This document shows positions 17,899 to 27,573 of a stretch of DNA of 64,000 nt, one piece after another. The stretch's first letter is position 1. The number at the start of each line of letters is the position of its first letter. A program made the translations under genes and the position numbers. Source of the stretch: an uncultured cyanobacterium (lineage in GTDB: Bacteria; Cyanobacteriota; Cyanobacteriia; Pseudanabaenales; Pseudanabaenaceae); NCBI GenBank assembly GCA_963703315.1, contig OY969811.1, positions 3,968,001 to 4,032,000 of the forward strand. The letters are read 5' to 3'. The notes beneath the pieces were generated by a model, which worked only from the letters and a program-made list of their open reading frames with translations, was not told the origin of the DNA and ran no database searches.

Positions 17899-20376
17899 CT
17901 AATTGCCCCAAATTCTATTCAACACAGTTTGAATCTTTTTCTCAAATCTCTCGATTAGTTCACGGTTAGCATTAACAAGAGATTGCTCGGCTTCGATTTC
18001 AGCAACTATTGCTTTTTGGGTTTCAATCGCTGGAACTGGAATCTTTACTTCAAATAATTGAGAGCGATTAATTTTTGGAATACTTGCTCTCTCATAATAA
18101 CCACGAATCCTCTCATTAAAAGCATTTGAAAGCATATATGTAGATAGATATGTGATGTCAATTTTGGAGCTATCAGGTACTAATGGGTACATATCAGAAC
18201 TACAATAGCCACGCATATTAACAACAGACAATTTATTGAGATAAGGACGGATTTTGCTGTATAGCAAACGTTCACCAGAAAACTCATAAACTGGTCCACT
18301 TACTCTCTGGCTTTCGGCTGTTTCTATTTTTAGTAACTTTCCTGTGTTTGATTCGATACTGTCAGCACCGAAGTACGGAAGTGAAGCATCTATGTTTACA
18401 TTAGGGGTAATTGCTGCACCAAGTGTGCAGATTTTACCAAGCTCTACCATTTCCCAATCAGGAGAGATCGCTATATGAGGTCGATAATTATCAATGACAG
18501 CACGAGCGCCGTTGATGACTTTTTGGTAGCCTTCGATTTCGGTGACTATTTCTTTTTGGATAGCGATCGGTGGCAAAGGGATTTGCACACCTCGAACAAT
18601 TTCACTGTTCAGATTATTGACGACTCCACCTGTTGCAGAACGCTTAAATTGTTGAAACACAAAATCTGAGCCAAGAATGAGATAGAAAAAATCTTGATCT
18701 ATCTGTTCAGACTGATTTCGCAATAGAAGCCATCCGTCATGAATACATCCATCAATAGCCATAATATAAGGTCTTCCAAAACTCATTGAGTTAGAAAGAA
18801 TAAAATCACCCTTTTTTACAGCACGGGATTTTTTAGCACCTTCTGGAATGATGCGTTCTTTAGTTTTAGTAATGTATTTTGAGCCTACTTCTGCATCTCC
18901 AATCTTGATCCAATTTATACCGTCAGGTGAATCAGTAATAAAATCATGAATTGGTCTAGGAGATCCCCCTCTTTCTATAGTGCAAATCTCACCAATTGAA
19001 ATTAGAGGATAGCTTAAACTAGCGTTAGCTGCTACATCTCGATATCTCTCCCCACTCAAATTATATTCACCATTAGCCGCAATCCTAGACTTCGGCACAA
19101 CCAAAACCCGATCATCATTCGCAATTCCTAATTCGTAATTCGTAATTGACAATTCGTAATTCGTAATTTGCTCCAACACAAAAGGCAAATCATCCCCCTC
19201 AACCGCCCGCCTTTGAGCGCCCAAACCGAATCCATCATTCTCGACCTTAAAAAATGCAATCTTATCCGTCTTCTTCGCCAAAGACTTATCCAAGATTAAA
19301 ATCGAAGTCTTCACCCCAGAATACGGATTAAAAACCCCAGCAGGAAGCGAAATCACCGCCACCAGCGAATTCTCAACCAACATCTTCCGCAAATCCTTAT
19401 AAGCAGTCTGACTCTGGAAAATAATCCCCTCAGGCACAATAATCCCCGCCCTACCCCTAGGCGAAAGATGTTCCGCCATATAGTCCACAAATAGAACCTC
19501 ACTCCGCTTCGCCTGAATCGAAAACCGCTTATGGGGCTTAATCCCACCCTTCGGCGACATAAACGGCGGATTTGCAAGGATCACATCCGCAAACTCATTC
19601 CACTTATCCTCAGAAGTCAACGTATCGTACTCAGCAATTTGCGGACTCTTAAAACCATGCAAATAGAGATTTACCAACGACAACCGCACCATATCAGGCG
19701 AAATATCATAACCTCTAAAATTAGTCGCCATCAGCCCCTTCTCATCAGGCGTAAGCGTACTATTCCCCTGAGCATCCAGATTAGACCGCAAAATATGCTT
19801 ATACGCCGAAATCAAAAAACCCGCCGTACCACAAGCAGGATCGAGAATCACCTCACCCTTTTGCGGACGCAAAACCTCCACCATAAAATCAATAATATGG
19901 CGCGGCGTGCGGAACTGCCCCGCATCCCCCTGCGAACCCAACACCGACAGCAAATACTCAAACGCATCCCCCAACCGTTCCGAATGATCGTAGGTAAACC
20001 CATCAATCACCTTCAAGAAACTCTTCAGCGTCTCAGGATCGCGATAGGGAAGATACGCATTCTTAAAAATATCTCGAAACAACGCAGGAATCCCCGCATT
20101 CTGCGGCATCGTGCTAATCCCCTCACTGTAAAGGCTCAGCAACTCATGACCGCCCACCGTCGGACTCATCAACCGTCCCCAACCAAACTTCGCAAACTCA
20201 CCCGCAAAAAAACTGCGATCGCCCCCCAACTCCTCCACCTCCGCATCCATATCATCCATAAACTTATAGATGAGAGCGATCGTAATCTGTTCCACTTGCG
20301 ACTTCGGATCAGGAACCTTCCCCACCAAAATGTCACGAGCAGTATCAATACGGCGTTTAGTTTCAGAATCAAGCAT
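17899..20376 (-). CDS. Type I R-M fused methyltransferase-specificity subunit (HsdM-HsdS)
   Basis: GQFRTPRH, DPACGTAGF, ANPPF (m6A MTase); two TRDs each followed by a P...Q..IV helix. Confidence 0.92.
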   Translation of the reverse strand: MLDSETKRRIDTARDILVGKVPDPKSQVEQITIALIYKFMDDMDAEVEELGGDRSFFAGEFAKFGWGRLMSPTVGGHELLSLYSEGISTMPQNAGIPALFRDIFKNAYLPYRDPETLKSFLKVIDGFTYDHSERLGDAFEYLLSVLGSQGDAGQFRTPRHIIDFMVEVLRPQKGEVILDPACGTAGFLISAYKHILRSNLDAQGNSTLTPDEKGLMATNFRGYDISPDMVRLSLVNLYLHGFKSPQIAEYDTLTSEDKWNEFADVILANPPFMSPKGGIKPHKRFSIQAKRSEVLFVDYMAEHLSPRGRAGIIVPEGIIFQSQTAYKDLRKMLVENSLVAVISLPAGVFNPYSGVKTSILILDKSLAKKTDKIAFFKVENDGFGLGAQRRAVEGDDLPFVLEQITNYELSITNYELGIANDDRVLVVPKSRIAANGEYNLSGERYRDVAANASLSYPLISIGEICTIERGGSPRPIHDFITDSPDGINWIKIGDAEVGSKYITKTKERIIPEGAKKSRAVKKGDFILSNSMSFGRPYIMAIDGCIHDGWLLLRNQSEQIDQDFFYLILGSDFVFQQFKRSATGGVVNNLNSEIVRGVQIPLPPIAIQKEIVTEIEGYQKVINGARAVIDNYRPHIAISPDWEMVELGKICTLGAAITPNVNIDASLPYFGADSIESNTGKLLKIETAESQRVSGPVYEFSGERLLYSKIRPYLNKLSVVNMRGYCSSDMYPLVPDSSKIDITYLSTYMLSNAFNERIRGYYERASIPKINRSQLFEVKIPVPAIETQKAIVAEIEAEQSLVNANRELIERFEKKIQTVLNRIWGN
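19130..19169. repeat. AATTCGT heptamer repeats inside hsdM-S coding sequence
   Basis: AATTCGTAATTCGTAATTGACAATTCGTAATTCGTAATT, translated as ITNYELSITNYEL. Confidence 0.85.
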
Positions 20377-20380
20377 TTTT

Positions 20381-20507
20381 AATTAATTACGAATTACGAA
20401 TTATCAATTACGAATTGCAAAATCGTAAATTGGTAGAATATTATAACTCCTAAGCCTTACCCCCAACCTCCACCTCGTAATTCGTAATTCCTAATTCGTA
20501 ATTAAAT
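20381..20507. repeat. Inverted heptamer-repeat junction element 1
   Basis: (AATTACG)n ... (AATTCGT)n; arms nearly identical to 22401-22511. Confidence 0.85.
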
Positions 20508-20509
20508 AG

Positions 20510-20746
20510 ATGAAAACCATACCAGTAGACAACCTCACCACCAACTTCATAAACCTCCTAGAAGAAATCGCCATCACAGGCGACCCCATCGAACTTGACT
20601 GGCAAGGCAAACGTTTTCAAATTCTGCCAGTACAGAAAAAAAGCCGACTCGACAATCTTGTACCCCGCCCCGAAGTATACATTGGCGATCCTGAAGATCT
20701 GGTAAACATCTCTTGGGAGCATGAAATAAACCTTGATTTACCTTGA
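20510..20746 (+). CDS. Phd/YefM-like antitoxin
   Basis: 78 aa, NLLEEIAITGDPIEL, GDPEDLV. Confidence 0.75.
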   Translation: MKTIPVDNLTTNFINLLEEIAITGDPIELDWQGKRFQILPVQKKSRLDNLVPRPEVYIGDPEDLVNISWEHEINLDLP

Positions 20747-20768
20747 CACGAAAATCATAAATTCGTAA
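20733..20768 (+). pseudogene. Truncated VapC/PIN toxin remnant
   Basis: TTG ATT TAC CTT GAC ACG = MIYLDT overlapping the antitoxin end, then stops within heptamer repeats. Confidence 0.6.
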
Positions 20769-20778
20769 TTCGTAATTT

Positions 20779-21186
20779 CTAATTCTTAACTACAAGGCGC
20801 TCAAAATCAGTTACCGAAATAATGATAGTTTCTAACATTCTTTGCGCTTCTGAGAAATCTTTGTCACCTGTAATAAAAAAATTGGCTGAACCTGCGATCG
20901 CGCAAGCTAAGAATTTTGCATCTTTTTGATCGCGAGGAAAATCAATTTCTATCTCTACATCAATGCAATTTGTCATTAAATCAAACACCATCAACCACTT
21001 TTCGATAATTTCTTGAGGCAGCTTAAATTTCGGACGACCGATCACAGCTTTATATTCTGTCAAAATATCTGACGAGACTATCCACTCAAATTCTTCATGC
21101 TCAGCAACAAACAAAATAACCTGTTCAGGAGCGCGATCTTTTAGAATTGCTGACACCAAAACATTCGTATCAATAACAACTCTCAT
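20779..21186 (-). CDS. PIN-domain toxin
   Basis: VVIDTNVLVSA, RDQKDAKFLACA, ITGDKDF. Confidence 0.9.
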   Translation of the reverse strand: MRVVIDTNVLVSAILKDRAPEQVILFVAEHEEFEWIVSSDILTEYKAVIGRPKFKLPQEIIEKWLMVFDLMTNCIDVEIEIDFPRDQKDAKFLACAIAGSANFFITGDKDFSEAQRMLETIIISVTDFERLVVKN

Positions 21187-21425
21187 AAACCTTGACGATA
21201 AGATTCAATCTCAGCCATAATTTCAGCTTCAGAAATAGCTTGTACTTGAGGTAAGCCCTGAGTCTCTTTAAAAAGAGCGCGTAGATCAAAAGGTAAAATC
21301 TTCTTCCTGCGATTAGCTTTAAGCACAATTACCCTCACTTCACAGCCCTCCAATTCTGTTCTCAGAGAATCAGGAACTTGAATTTTTCCATTAGACACAG
21401 TAGTTTTAAATTCTTCAGCAAGCAT
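21183..21425 (-). CDS. Putative antitoxin of the PIN toxin
   Basis: 80 aa, 4-bp ATGA overlap with the PIN gene. Confidence 0.7.
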   Translation of the reverse strand: MLAEEFKTTVSNGKIQVPDSLRTELEGCEVRVIVLKANRRKKILPFDLRALFKETQGLPQVQAISEAEIMAEIESYRQGL

Positions 21426-21427
21426 AA

Positions 21428-21540
21428 TAATTACGAATTACGAATTAAAAACACATTATATCGCCTAGATCTGTCATCCTTAATCCCAATTCCCAATTCG
21501 TAATTCGTAATTCGTAATTCCTAGTTGAATAATTCGTAAT
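21428..21540. repeat. Inverted heptamer-repeat junction element 2
   Basis: AATTACGAATTACGAATT ... AATTCGTAATTCGTAATTCGTAATT. Confidence 0.85.
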
Positions 21541-22058
21541 TAACTAATTAAACCCTCAACCAACTTCATCGGCAAATAAAGCCTCATCGGATCTTGTTTA
21601 AATCTTTGAAATCCATACTTTAAATAAAAACTCGCAGCATCCTCATCCAAAGCCTCGGCAATGACAGCCAAAGATGCAATCTGACTTGATACTTCAAAAG
21701 ACTTCATCAGCGCATCAATTAACAATAGTTCGCCAAACCGTTTCCCTCTTTGTTGCCGATCAATTCCCAAACGACCGAGCAAAGTCGCTGGTAATAAAGG
21801 ATATCGTGGCAAAGACTTAGCAAAAGTACCATCAAGAGCCGTCACCTCCACAACAAAAGCCGAAAGAGAGTAATAGCCCAAGATATCTGTTTCAAGTTCA
21901 TCTTCTTGCGCGTCAACCAAAACAAACACAGTCGATATCTTCCTTTTGAGATCCTGTGTAGCCTGCTTGCGAAGGTAATTATCTAGACTATCTTTACCAC
22001 AACAAAAACTAGAGCGCCGATGCTTGCGACTATCCAAAGGCTCGATTTTGAGAACCAT
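21540..22058 (-). CDS. GNAT acetyltransferase toxin (TacT/AtaT-like)
   Basis: FCCGKDSLDNYL, PATLLGRLGID...GK.FG, FYLKYGF. Confidence 0.9.
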   Translation of the reverse strand: MVLKIEPLDSRKHRRSSFCCGKDSLDNYLRKQATQDLKRKISTVFVLVDAQEDELETDILGYYSLSAFVVEVTALDGTFAKSLPRYPLLPATLLGRLGIDRQQRGKRFGELLLIDALMKSFEVSSQIASLAVIAEALDEDAASFYLKYGFQRFKQDPMRLYLPMKLVEGLIS

Positions 22059-22381
22059 TAAGCCCTCATGGTTTGCTTATATCTGACCGCCGCAGCATTT
22101 AGAGCCTCATTAGGCAAAGGTGGATTCAGCAAAGCCTCCACAAAAAGTTCACTATCTTCTCGATTAAGCTTGAGAGTTTGATGCTTCGCAATCACCGTAT
22201 AGGCAGCCTCCTGTAAACTAGCAATCACAAAATCAGTGAGAGTACGCCCCTCCAAATCAGCCGCCTTTTGCCACATAGCCTTAATCTCAGGGCTAACACG
22301 AGCTTCCAGCCTCGCCATTGTCTTCGCAGGTGTTGCAGATGTCATAGCATAATATTGAAATCTACATAAATTGTACGGCAA
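22058..22381 (-). CDS. DUF1778 RHH antitoxin (TacA-like)
   Basis: RLEARVSPE.K...QKAA.LEGRTLTDFV, ALLNPPLPN; likely start MTS (22345). Confidence 0.9.
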   Translation of the reverse strand: MPYNLCRFQYYAMTSATPAKTMARLEARVSPEIKAMWQKAADLEGRTLTDFVIASLQEAAYTVIAKHQTLKLNREDSELFVEALLNPPLPNEALNAAAVRYKQTMRA

Positions 22382-22400
22382 TCAGACGTACATTAATTAT

Positions 22401-22511
22401 TTAATTACGAATTATCAATTACGAATTAAGATTTTGATTGCACAGCAAATGAAACAATACCCAAAAAACACCACCTCGTAATTCGTAATTCCCAATTCGT
22501 AATTGAATAAT
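22401..22511. repeat. Inverted heptamer-repeat junction element 3
   Basis: AATTACGAATTATCAATTACGAATT ... CCACCTCGTAATTCGTAATTCCCAATTCGTAATT. Confidence 0.85.
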
Positions 22512-25061
22512 TCAAGCCATAAACCTTTCCAACGCCACAAACTGCCTCACATACTCAGGAATCAAATCACGATATGACTTCGGCACAGCCTTAAAATCGT
22601 TTGTTGAAAAGAACGCATTTGTTGCTAATTCCGTGTAATTCTTGCCCTCAATAATTTTCCGAATCTGGTCATTAGTCACATAAGCCTTAAAGTAATTTCT
22701 AATCGCAGGAATAGACTCGTTAGGCTGATAATTTGCCACAAACTTTTCAAACTCCTCCTCCAATAACTCATCCTTCAACTTAAATCTGGGTATTAACCCA
22801 AAAATCTTTTCTAAAATCTCGCGCAACTCCAACCGCCGATCCACCGCCGCCGCTTTACGCAACTTCTCCAAGGTATAAGACTGTTCAGAATCAGCAAAAA
22901 ATTTCTCATTCACATAAGCGATCGCCTTTTCCCAATGCCCGACCTCGATCGCCGCCGCTAACTCGCGATCATTGCGAATCACCTCCTCAAATCGCTCAAA
23001 ATATAAGCGATCGATTTTCATGCCACCATAGGCGATCGCCTCTTCCTTGAGGCTCAATAAAATATCGCTGCCAAGATGCTCATAACTGCCAATCCCTTTC
23101 ACCGTCTCACTATCATCATCGCGATCGCCTCCAGTCCCACTTTGAGGATTGGCTTTGGGCTTCGGCAACGCCAACACCTCATCATATTTAAAATCTTTCT
23201 CAAAATATTCACAGTTTGCAAAGAAATCAAATAATTTAAAAGCAGTCTTCTCTGGCTCCCTGATACTGCCCTTGAGATCCGCATCATGCAAATCATTCAA
23301 AAAATTATGCCTACGAGTCCCCCTTCCCTTAATTTGAATAAAATCTGTTGGTGAAAAAATTGGACGAAATAGCCCCAAATTCAACAAATCAGGGCAATCA
23401 TAGCCCGTCGTCATCATCCCCACCGTCACACATACCCGCGCCTTGCTCGTCCGATAGGTTTCCAAAAAGTTCGCCGTGCCGCGTAAATTGTTATTCGTGA
23501 AATTACTCGTAAACTGTTGAGCGTCCGTAATTTGTGATGTCACCTGTACTGCAAAATCCGATTGATATCGATTCGGAAATATCCGATCCGCCATCTCATT
23601 TAAAATTTGGGTCAACGTGGTCGCATGAGGCTGACTCACAGCAAAAATAATTGACTTGCCAATCTCACCACTAATCGGATCGCGAAAAGCCGTCTCTAAA
23701 AACGTCTTACAAAAAAGTTGATTGGTCGCAGGTGAAAAAAAGCGCTTCTCAAATTGCCGAATTTTAAAACTCTCTTCCGTCTTTTCACCTTCCTCATCCG
23801 TAAACTCCACCACAAAACCTTGTTTCGACAAAAGCTCAGTCGTTACTTCTGTACGCCCATCCACCACCGTCGGCTGAATCAAAAAGCCATCTCTAACCCC
23901 ATCATTCAAGCCATAGGTAAAAGTCGGAATCCCATCCTCACAGCCAAAAGTGCGATAGGTATCCAGCATCATCCGCCGCTCAGATTCTCGCGGATCTTTA
24001 GTCGTGGGCTTAGCTCTGTCAAATTGCTTCAGATAATCCTTCGGTGTCGCCGTTAGCCCCAATTTGTAACCAATAAAATACTCAAATACTGCCCGTGAGT
24101 TCCCCCCAATCGAGCGATGCGCCTCATCGGAAATTACCAAATCAAAATCTGTTGGCGAAAAGCGATCGCGATATTTATTACCCGTCAGCAATGACTGCAC
24201 CGTAGTCACCACAATATCCGCAAGTCGCCAATCATTCCGATTTTCCTTATAAATCGCCGTCTTATAGTCATTTTTAAGCAATAGATCAAAAGCTTTCTTA
24301 GCTTGTTCCTCTAACTCAATGCGATCGACCAAAAACAACACCCGCCGCGCATTTCCCGTCCGCAAAAACAACTTGATCACCGCCGCCGAAGTCAGCGTCT
24401 TCCCTGTCCCCGTCGCCATCTGAAACAAAAAGCGATTTTTCCCCGCGTTTACTGCATCTTGTAAAGCCGCGATCGCCTGTTTTTGATAACCCCTCAAAAA
24501 GCGCAACTTATTCTTCTCAATAAAACTCGCTCTTTCCAGTTCATTCTTCCATCCTGCATTATTCTCATAATCAGGATATTGCGTCAACACCACATAATTA
24601 TCATCAATCACCTCATCCACAAGACGTTGCGGTTCAGCAATCACTTTCTGATAACCCATCACCGATTGAGGCGTAGGGAAATTTGTAATTTCATAGGGAT
24701 TCCCTTGTTCCAAATCCCAAAAATAATGCAAAGTTCCATTGGATAGAATCACGAAACGGCATTTTTGAGACTTCGCATAATCTCGCGCCTGTTCTTTCCC
24801 CACAAGCGGATCAAGATCCCCCGCCTTTGCTTCCAAGACAATAAACGGAAAGCCCTTTTCATTCAGCAACAAAAAGTCAATAAAGCCCTTGCTTGTCTTC
24901 TCGAAATCCTCCCCAAACTCATCTAAATCCAAAGATGTAATCTGCGTCCCTGCTTCAAGCGCTATATTCGCAGGTTGCCCCCCTTCCGCAAAAAAACGCC
25001 AACCCGCCGACTCAAGCAACCTATTAATCTTAATTCGGGCTGTAGCCTCATTATTGGTCAT
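22512..25061 (-). CDS. hsdR: Type I restriction enzyme R subunit
   Basis: ID..L...VLEAK...QA..YA nuclease; MATGTGKT, DEAH, TATP, Q.KGRGTR helicase motifs. Confidence 0.92.
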   Translation of the reverse strand: MTNNEATARIKINRLLESAGWRFFAEGGQPANIALEAGTQITSLDLDEFGEDFEKTSKGFIDFLLLNEKGFPFIVLEAKAGDLDPLVGKEQARDYAKSQKCRFVILSNGTLHYFWDLEQGNPYEITNFPTPQSVMGYQKVIAEPQRLVDEVIDDNYVVLTQYPDYENNAGWKNELERASFIEKNKLRFLRGYQKQAIAALQDAVNAGKNRFLFQMATGTGKTLTSAAVIKLFLRTGNARRVLFLVDRIELEEQAKKAFDLLLKNDYKTAIYKENRNDWRLADIVVTTVQSLLTGNKYRDRFSPTDFDLVISDEAHRSIGGNSRAVFEYFIGYKLGLTATPKDYLKQFDRAKPTTKDPRESERRMMLDTYRTFGCEDGIPTFTYGLNDGVRDGFLIQPTVVDGRTEVTTELLSKQGFVVEFTDEEGEKTEESFKIRQFEKRFFSPATNQLFCKTFLETAFRDPISGEIGKSIIFAVSQPHATTLTQILNEMADRIFPNRYQSDFAVQVTSQITDAQQFTSNFTNNNLRGTANFLETYRTSKARVCVTVGMMTTGYDCPDLLNLGLFRPIFSPTDFIQIKGRGTRRHNFLNDLHDADLKGSIREPEKTAFKLFDFFANCEYFEKDFKYDEVLALPKPKANPQSGTGGDRDDDSETVKGIGSYEHLGSDILLSLKEEAIAYGGMKIDRLYFERFEEVIRNDRELAAAIEVGHWEKAIAYVNEKFFADSEQSYTLEKLRKAAAVDRRLELREILEKIFGLIPRFKLKDELLEEEFEKFVANYQPNESIPAIRNYFKAYVTNDQIRKIIEGKNYTELATNAFFSTNDFKAVPKSYRDLIPEYVRQFVALERFMA

Positions 25062-25254
25062 GGCAAACCCCAGTATTAAACTTGAACACAGATTAATTTT
25101 TCTGCTTTATTTCATTGTTTAATTATAAAACAACTTGCGATCACCGTCCCTCGGCATCTTTTGCGTTTTGGTTTTGTCCTAACGTAACTGACTACAGCTA
25201 TACCATACAGATTTTCTAGCGATCGCCTAGTAGGAGTTAACGAATGGTCGTATT

Positions 25255-25359
25255 TACAGCCATTTCCGATCAAACGAACCACAAGAATAAATTTGAAAGC
25301 GTTGCGAAGCAACGCTTTCAAATTTATTCTTGGTTCGGGTTTGAGCGCAAAGCGCTGTA
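25255..25359. repeat. Palindromic MITE-like element family E
   Basis: TACAGC...GCTGTA ends, central GCGAAGC hairpin; inverted diverged copy at 35231-35333. Confidence 0.75.
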
Positions 25360-25579
25360 ACTTGGCGATCGCCCAACTTAAAGACAAGATCGGGAATATC
25401 GTTTTAAATTAGTATGACGATTAAATTTGGGGTGATCAGTTAGGCGATCGCCTACAATGGCACTATTAGCAAGACATCTCTCCCCAACAAATTTTTAATT
25501 TTGCTAATCTAGGCGGGTAGCAAAACTTTACCGTTCTAGTAAAATACTGCCAACCCCATAAACTTAATTCAGAAGCATC

Positions 25580-26713
25580 ATGCAACAAATATTTAGCCGT
25601 CGTAGTTTGCGCCTGTTTATCATCTTGTTTGTGATAACGTTGCTAGGCTTTGCGCTGGGATGGTTTATATTTTTACGCCCCGAAATCGCCAGTTTGAATA
25701 AGACCGAGAAAACGGCTGGCTCTAATCTTCAAAATATTACGCTCACAGAATTTGATGCCAATGGAAAACTATTGTGGGAAATTACTGCGAAGCGGGCTAA
25801 CTATCGCGAAGAGCGCAAAATTGCTGATGTTGAAGATGTAAAAGGAAAATTTTATCGTAGCGGTGAGCCGCTTATGGAAGTCACAGGCAATAAGGGAACC
25901 ATCGATCAAATCACTAAAATGATTTCCCTAGATGGCAATATTAAGGCGATCGCCATTCAAGAAAAAATCAACATGAAAGCCGATCGCCTGATCTGGAAAT
26001 CGGAAGAAGACCTTCTCAAGGCGACAGGCAACATTCAGATTGATAAGCCTGAAGACAAGATCAAAATGACAGGTAAAGAGTTAACTGCGAAACCGAGTAC
26101 CAATATCTATAGTCTCGAAAAAAGCGTGATTGTGACTAAGATTGAACCACCTCTAGAAATGAAAAGTGAGAAAATTACTTGGGATGCTAAGCGGGATCAT
26201 GTATTTACAGAAGTTCCATTGTCAGTGTTTCAAGTAAAGGATAAGTTGGAATTGTTTGCGAATAAAGGTGATTGGGATATTACTAAAAAAGAGGTGACCT
26301 TCACAGGTGATATCAAGGCGAAAGATCCCAAGCTAGATGTTGAACTTGCGGCAAGCCAAGCTAGTTGGAATCTGGATAAACAACTTGTCATTTTGCCAGT
26401 AGAGTTTACGGCAACTAGTAAGAGTCGTGGCATTGTTGTCAAGGCTCAAAAAGGACAAGCCCAACTCAAGGAAGAGAAGATTAACCTTACAGGTCAAGTC
26501 TTGGCAAGCTTTAGCTCTACTCAGGGTGTGGTCAATGCCGATCAGGTGGAGTGGTTAATTCCTACCAAAATGGTTACGGCGGAGGGCAATATCGTTTATC
26601 AACAACCCGATAAAAATCTCAGTGTTAGAGGCGATCGCGCTGTGGCAAATCTGGAACTGCAAACAGTGAAGGTGACAGGAGCAAATGTACTGACGACCTT
26701 AACTCCTCAATGA
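25580..26713 (+). CDS. lptC: LPS export periplasmic protein LptC
   Basis: N-terminal TM, GKLLWEITAKRA motif, repeated beta-jellyroll. Confidence 0.8.
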   Translation: MQQIFSRRSLRLFIILFVITLLGFALGWFIFLRPEIASLNKTEKTAGSNLQNITLTEFDANGKLLWEITAKRANYREERKIADVEDVKGKFYRSGEPLMEVTGNKGTIDQITKMISLDGNIKAIAIQEKINMKADRLIWKSEEDLLKATGNIQIDKPEDKIKMTGKELTAKPSTNIYSLEKSVIVTKIEPPLEMKSEKITWDAKRDHVFTEVPLSVFQVKDKLELFANKGDWDITKKEVTFTGDIKAKDPKLDVELAASQASWNLDKQLVILPVEFTATSKSRGIVVKAQKGQAQLKEEKINLTGQVLASFSSTQGVVNADQVEWLIPTKMVTAEGNIVYQQPDKNLSVRGDRAVANLELQTVKVTGANVLTTLTPQ

Positions 26714-27430
26714 TTTGTTTACAATCCGTTTGCGGCATTCATCATCTTCGCGCTCAGATTCTGATTCTGAAGATGGACGCTCTTGCTTTTTGGAAGAAGA
26801 GTTAGGTCGATCATGCTCACTATCTTTGACTTGACCTTCTGAAGATGCGCGATCGCGTTTTTGAGGAGATGCGTTAGGACTAGTTTGATTATTCTGAAGG
26901 GTTGATAATGAACTGATCTCTCCGCCATTACTGATGAGAACCTGTTCGTTTTCAACGGTGACAGCATAGGTTGCTAGAGGAATTTTAGCAGGAGCTTCGC
27001 GGGGACTCCCATCTGCGGCAAATGTCGCATCATGGCAAGGACAGAAAAATTCTTGTTTATCCTTTTGCCAGTTCACATCACAACCTTTGTGGGTGCAAAT
27101 TGGATTAACGGCAAATAGCTTTTGGGGATTATTACGATCGCGGACAACGATGACACCATCAGCGATTAATTGACCATCTCGTTCTAGTTGCGCGATCGAG
27201 CCGATGACTCTAGCACCTTTTCTGGCGGTAGTGGCAGCAGGTGAAGTAGCGATCGCGGAACTGTTTGTTGCTGATAGAGGTGAACTTGTTGGCAATGGAT
27301 TAGCTAAAGCTGTCAGTGAGTTTTCAGCTTGTTTAGTTGCCGTTGAGCATGAGGTTAGGGCAGGGGGCAATACGCTAACGATCCAACCTAATCCCACCCA
27401 ACTTAAAATTTTACGGCGATTCATATTCAT
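26699..27430 (-). CDS. Tat/lipoprotein Rieske [2Fe-2S] protein
   Basis: NRRKIL Tat motif, LTSC lipobox, CTHKGC and CPCH. Confidence 0.88.
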   Translation of the reverse strand: MNMNRRKILSWVGLGWIVSVLPPALTSCSTATKQAENSLTALANPLPTSSPLSATNSSAIATSPAATTARKGARVIGSIAQLERDGQLIADGVIVVRDRNNPQKLFAVNPICTHKGCDVNWQKDKQEFFCPCHDATFAADGSPREAPAKIPLATYAVTVENEQVLISNGGEISSLSTLQNNQTSPNASPQKRDRASSEGQVKDSEHDRPNSSSKKQERPSSESESEREDDECRKRIVNKSLRS

Positions 27431-27450
27431 TTCTCTCTGAAATTTGATAG

Positions 27451-27546
27451 TACCAATTCACGAAAGACAACACTTTCGTGAATTAAAAAACGAACCTAGT
27501 AAGGGTTTTCAAAACTAAAAATGGCGTAGCCATTTTTAGTTTTATA
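27451..27546. repeat. MITE-like element family A
   Basis: TACCAATTCACGAAAG...AAACTAAAAATGGCGTAGCCATTTTTAGTTTT; copies at 45633, 59250 (partial) and 60776. Confidence 0.8.
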
Positions 27547-27573
27547 ATTCTATAATTTGGTCAAATGTTCTAA

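Noticed and set aside
19531..20382. 283-aa plus-strand ORF
   Set aside because: Antisense to hsdM-S; explained by its skewed codon usage
25112..25387. 91-aa ORF upstream of hsdR
   Set aside because: Runs through a palindromic repeat element; no protein-like features
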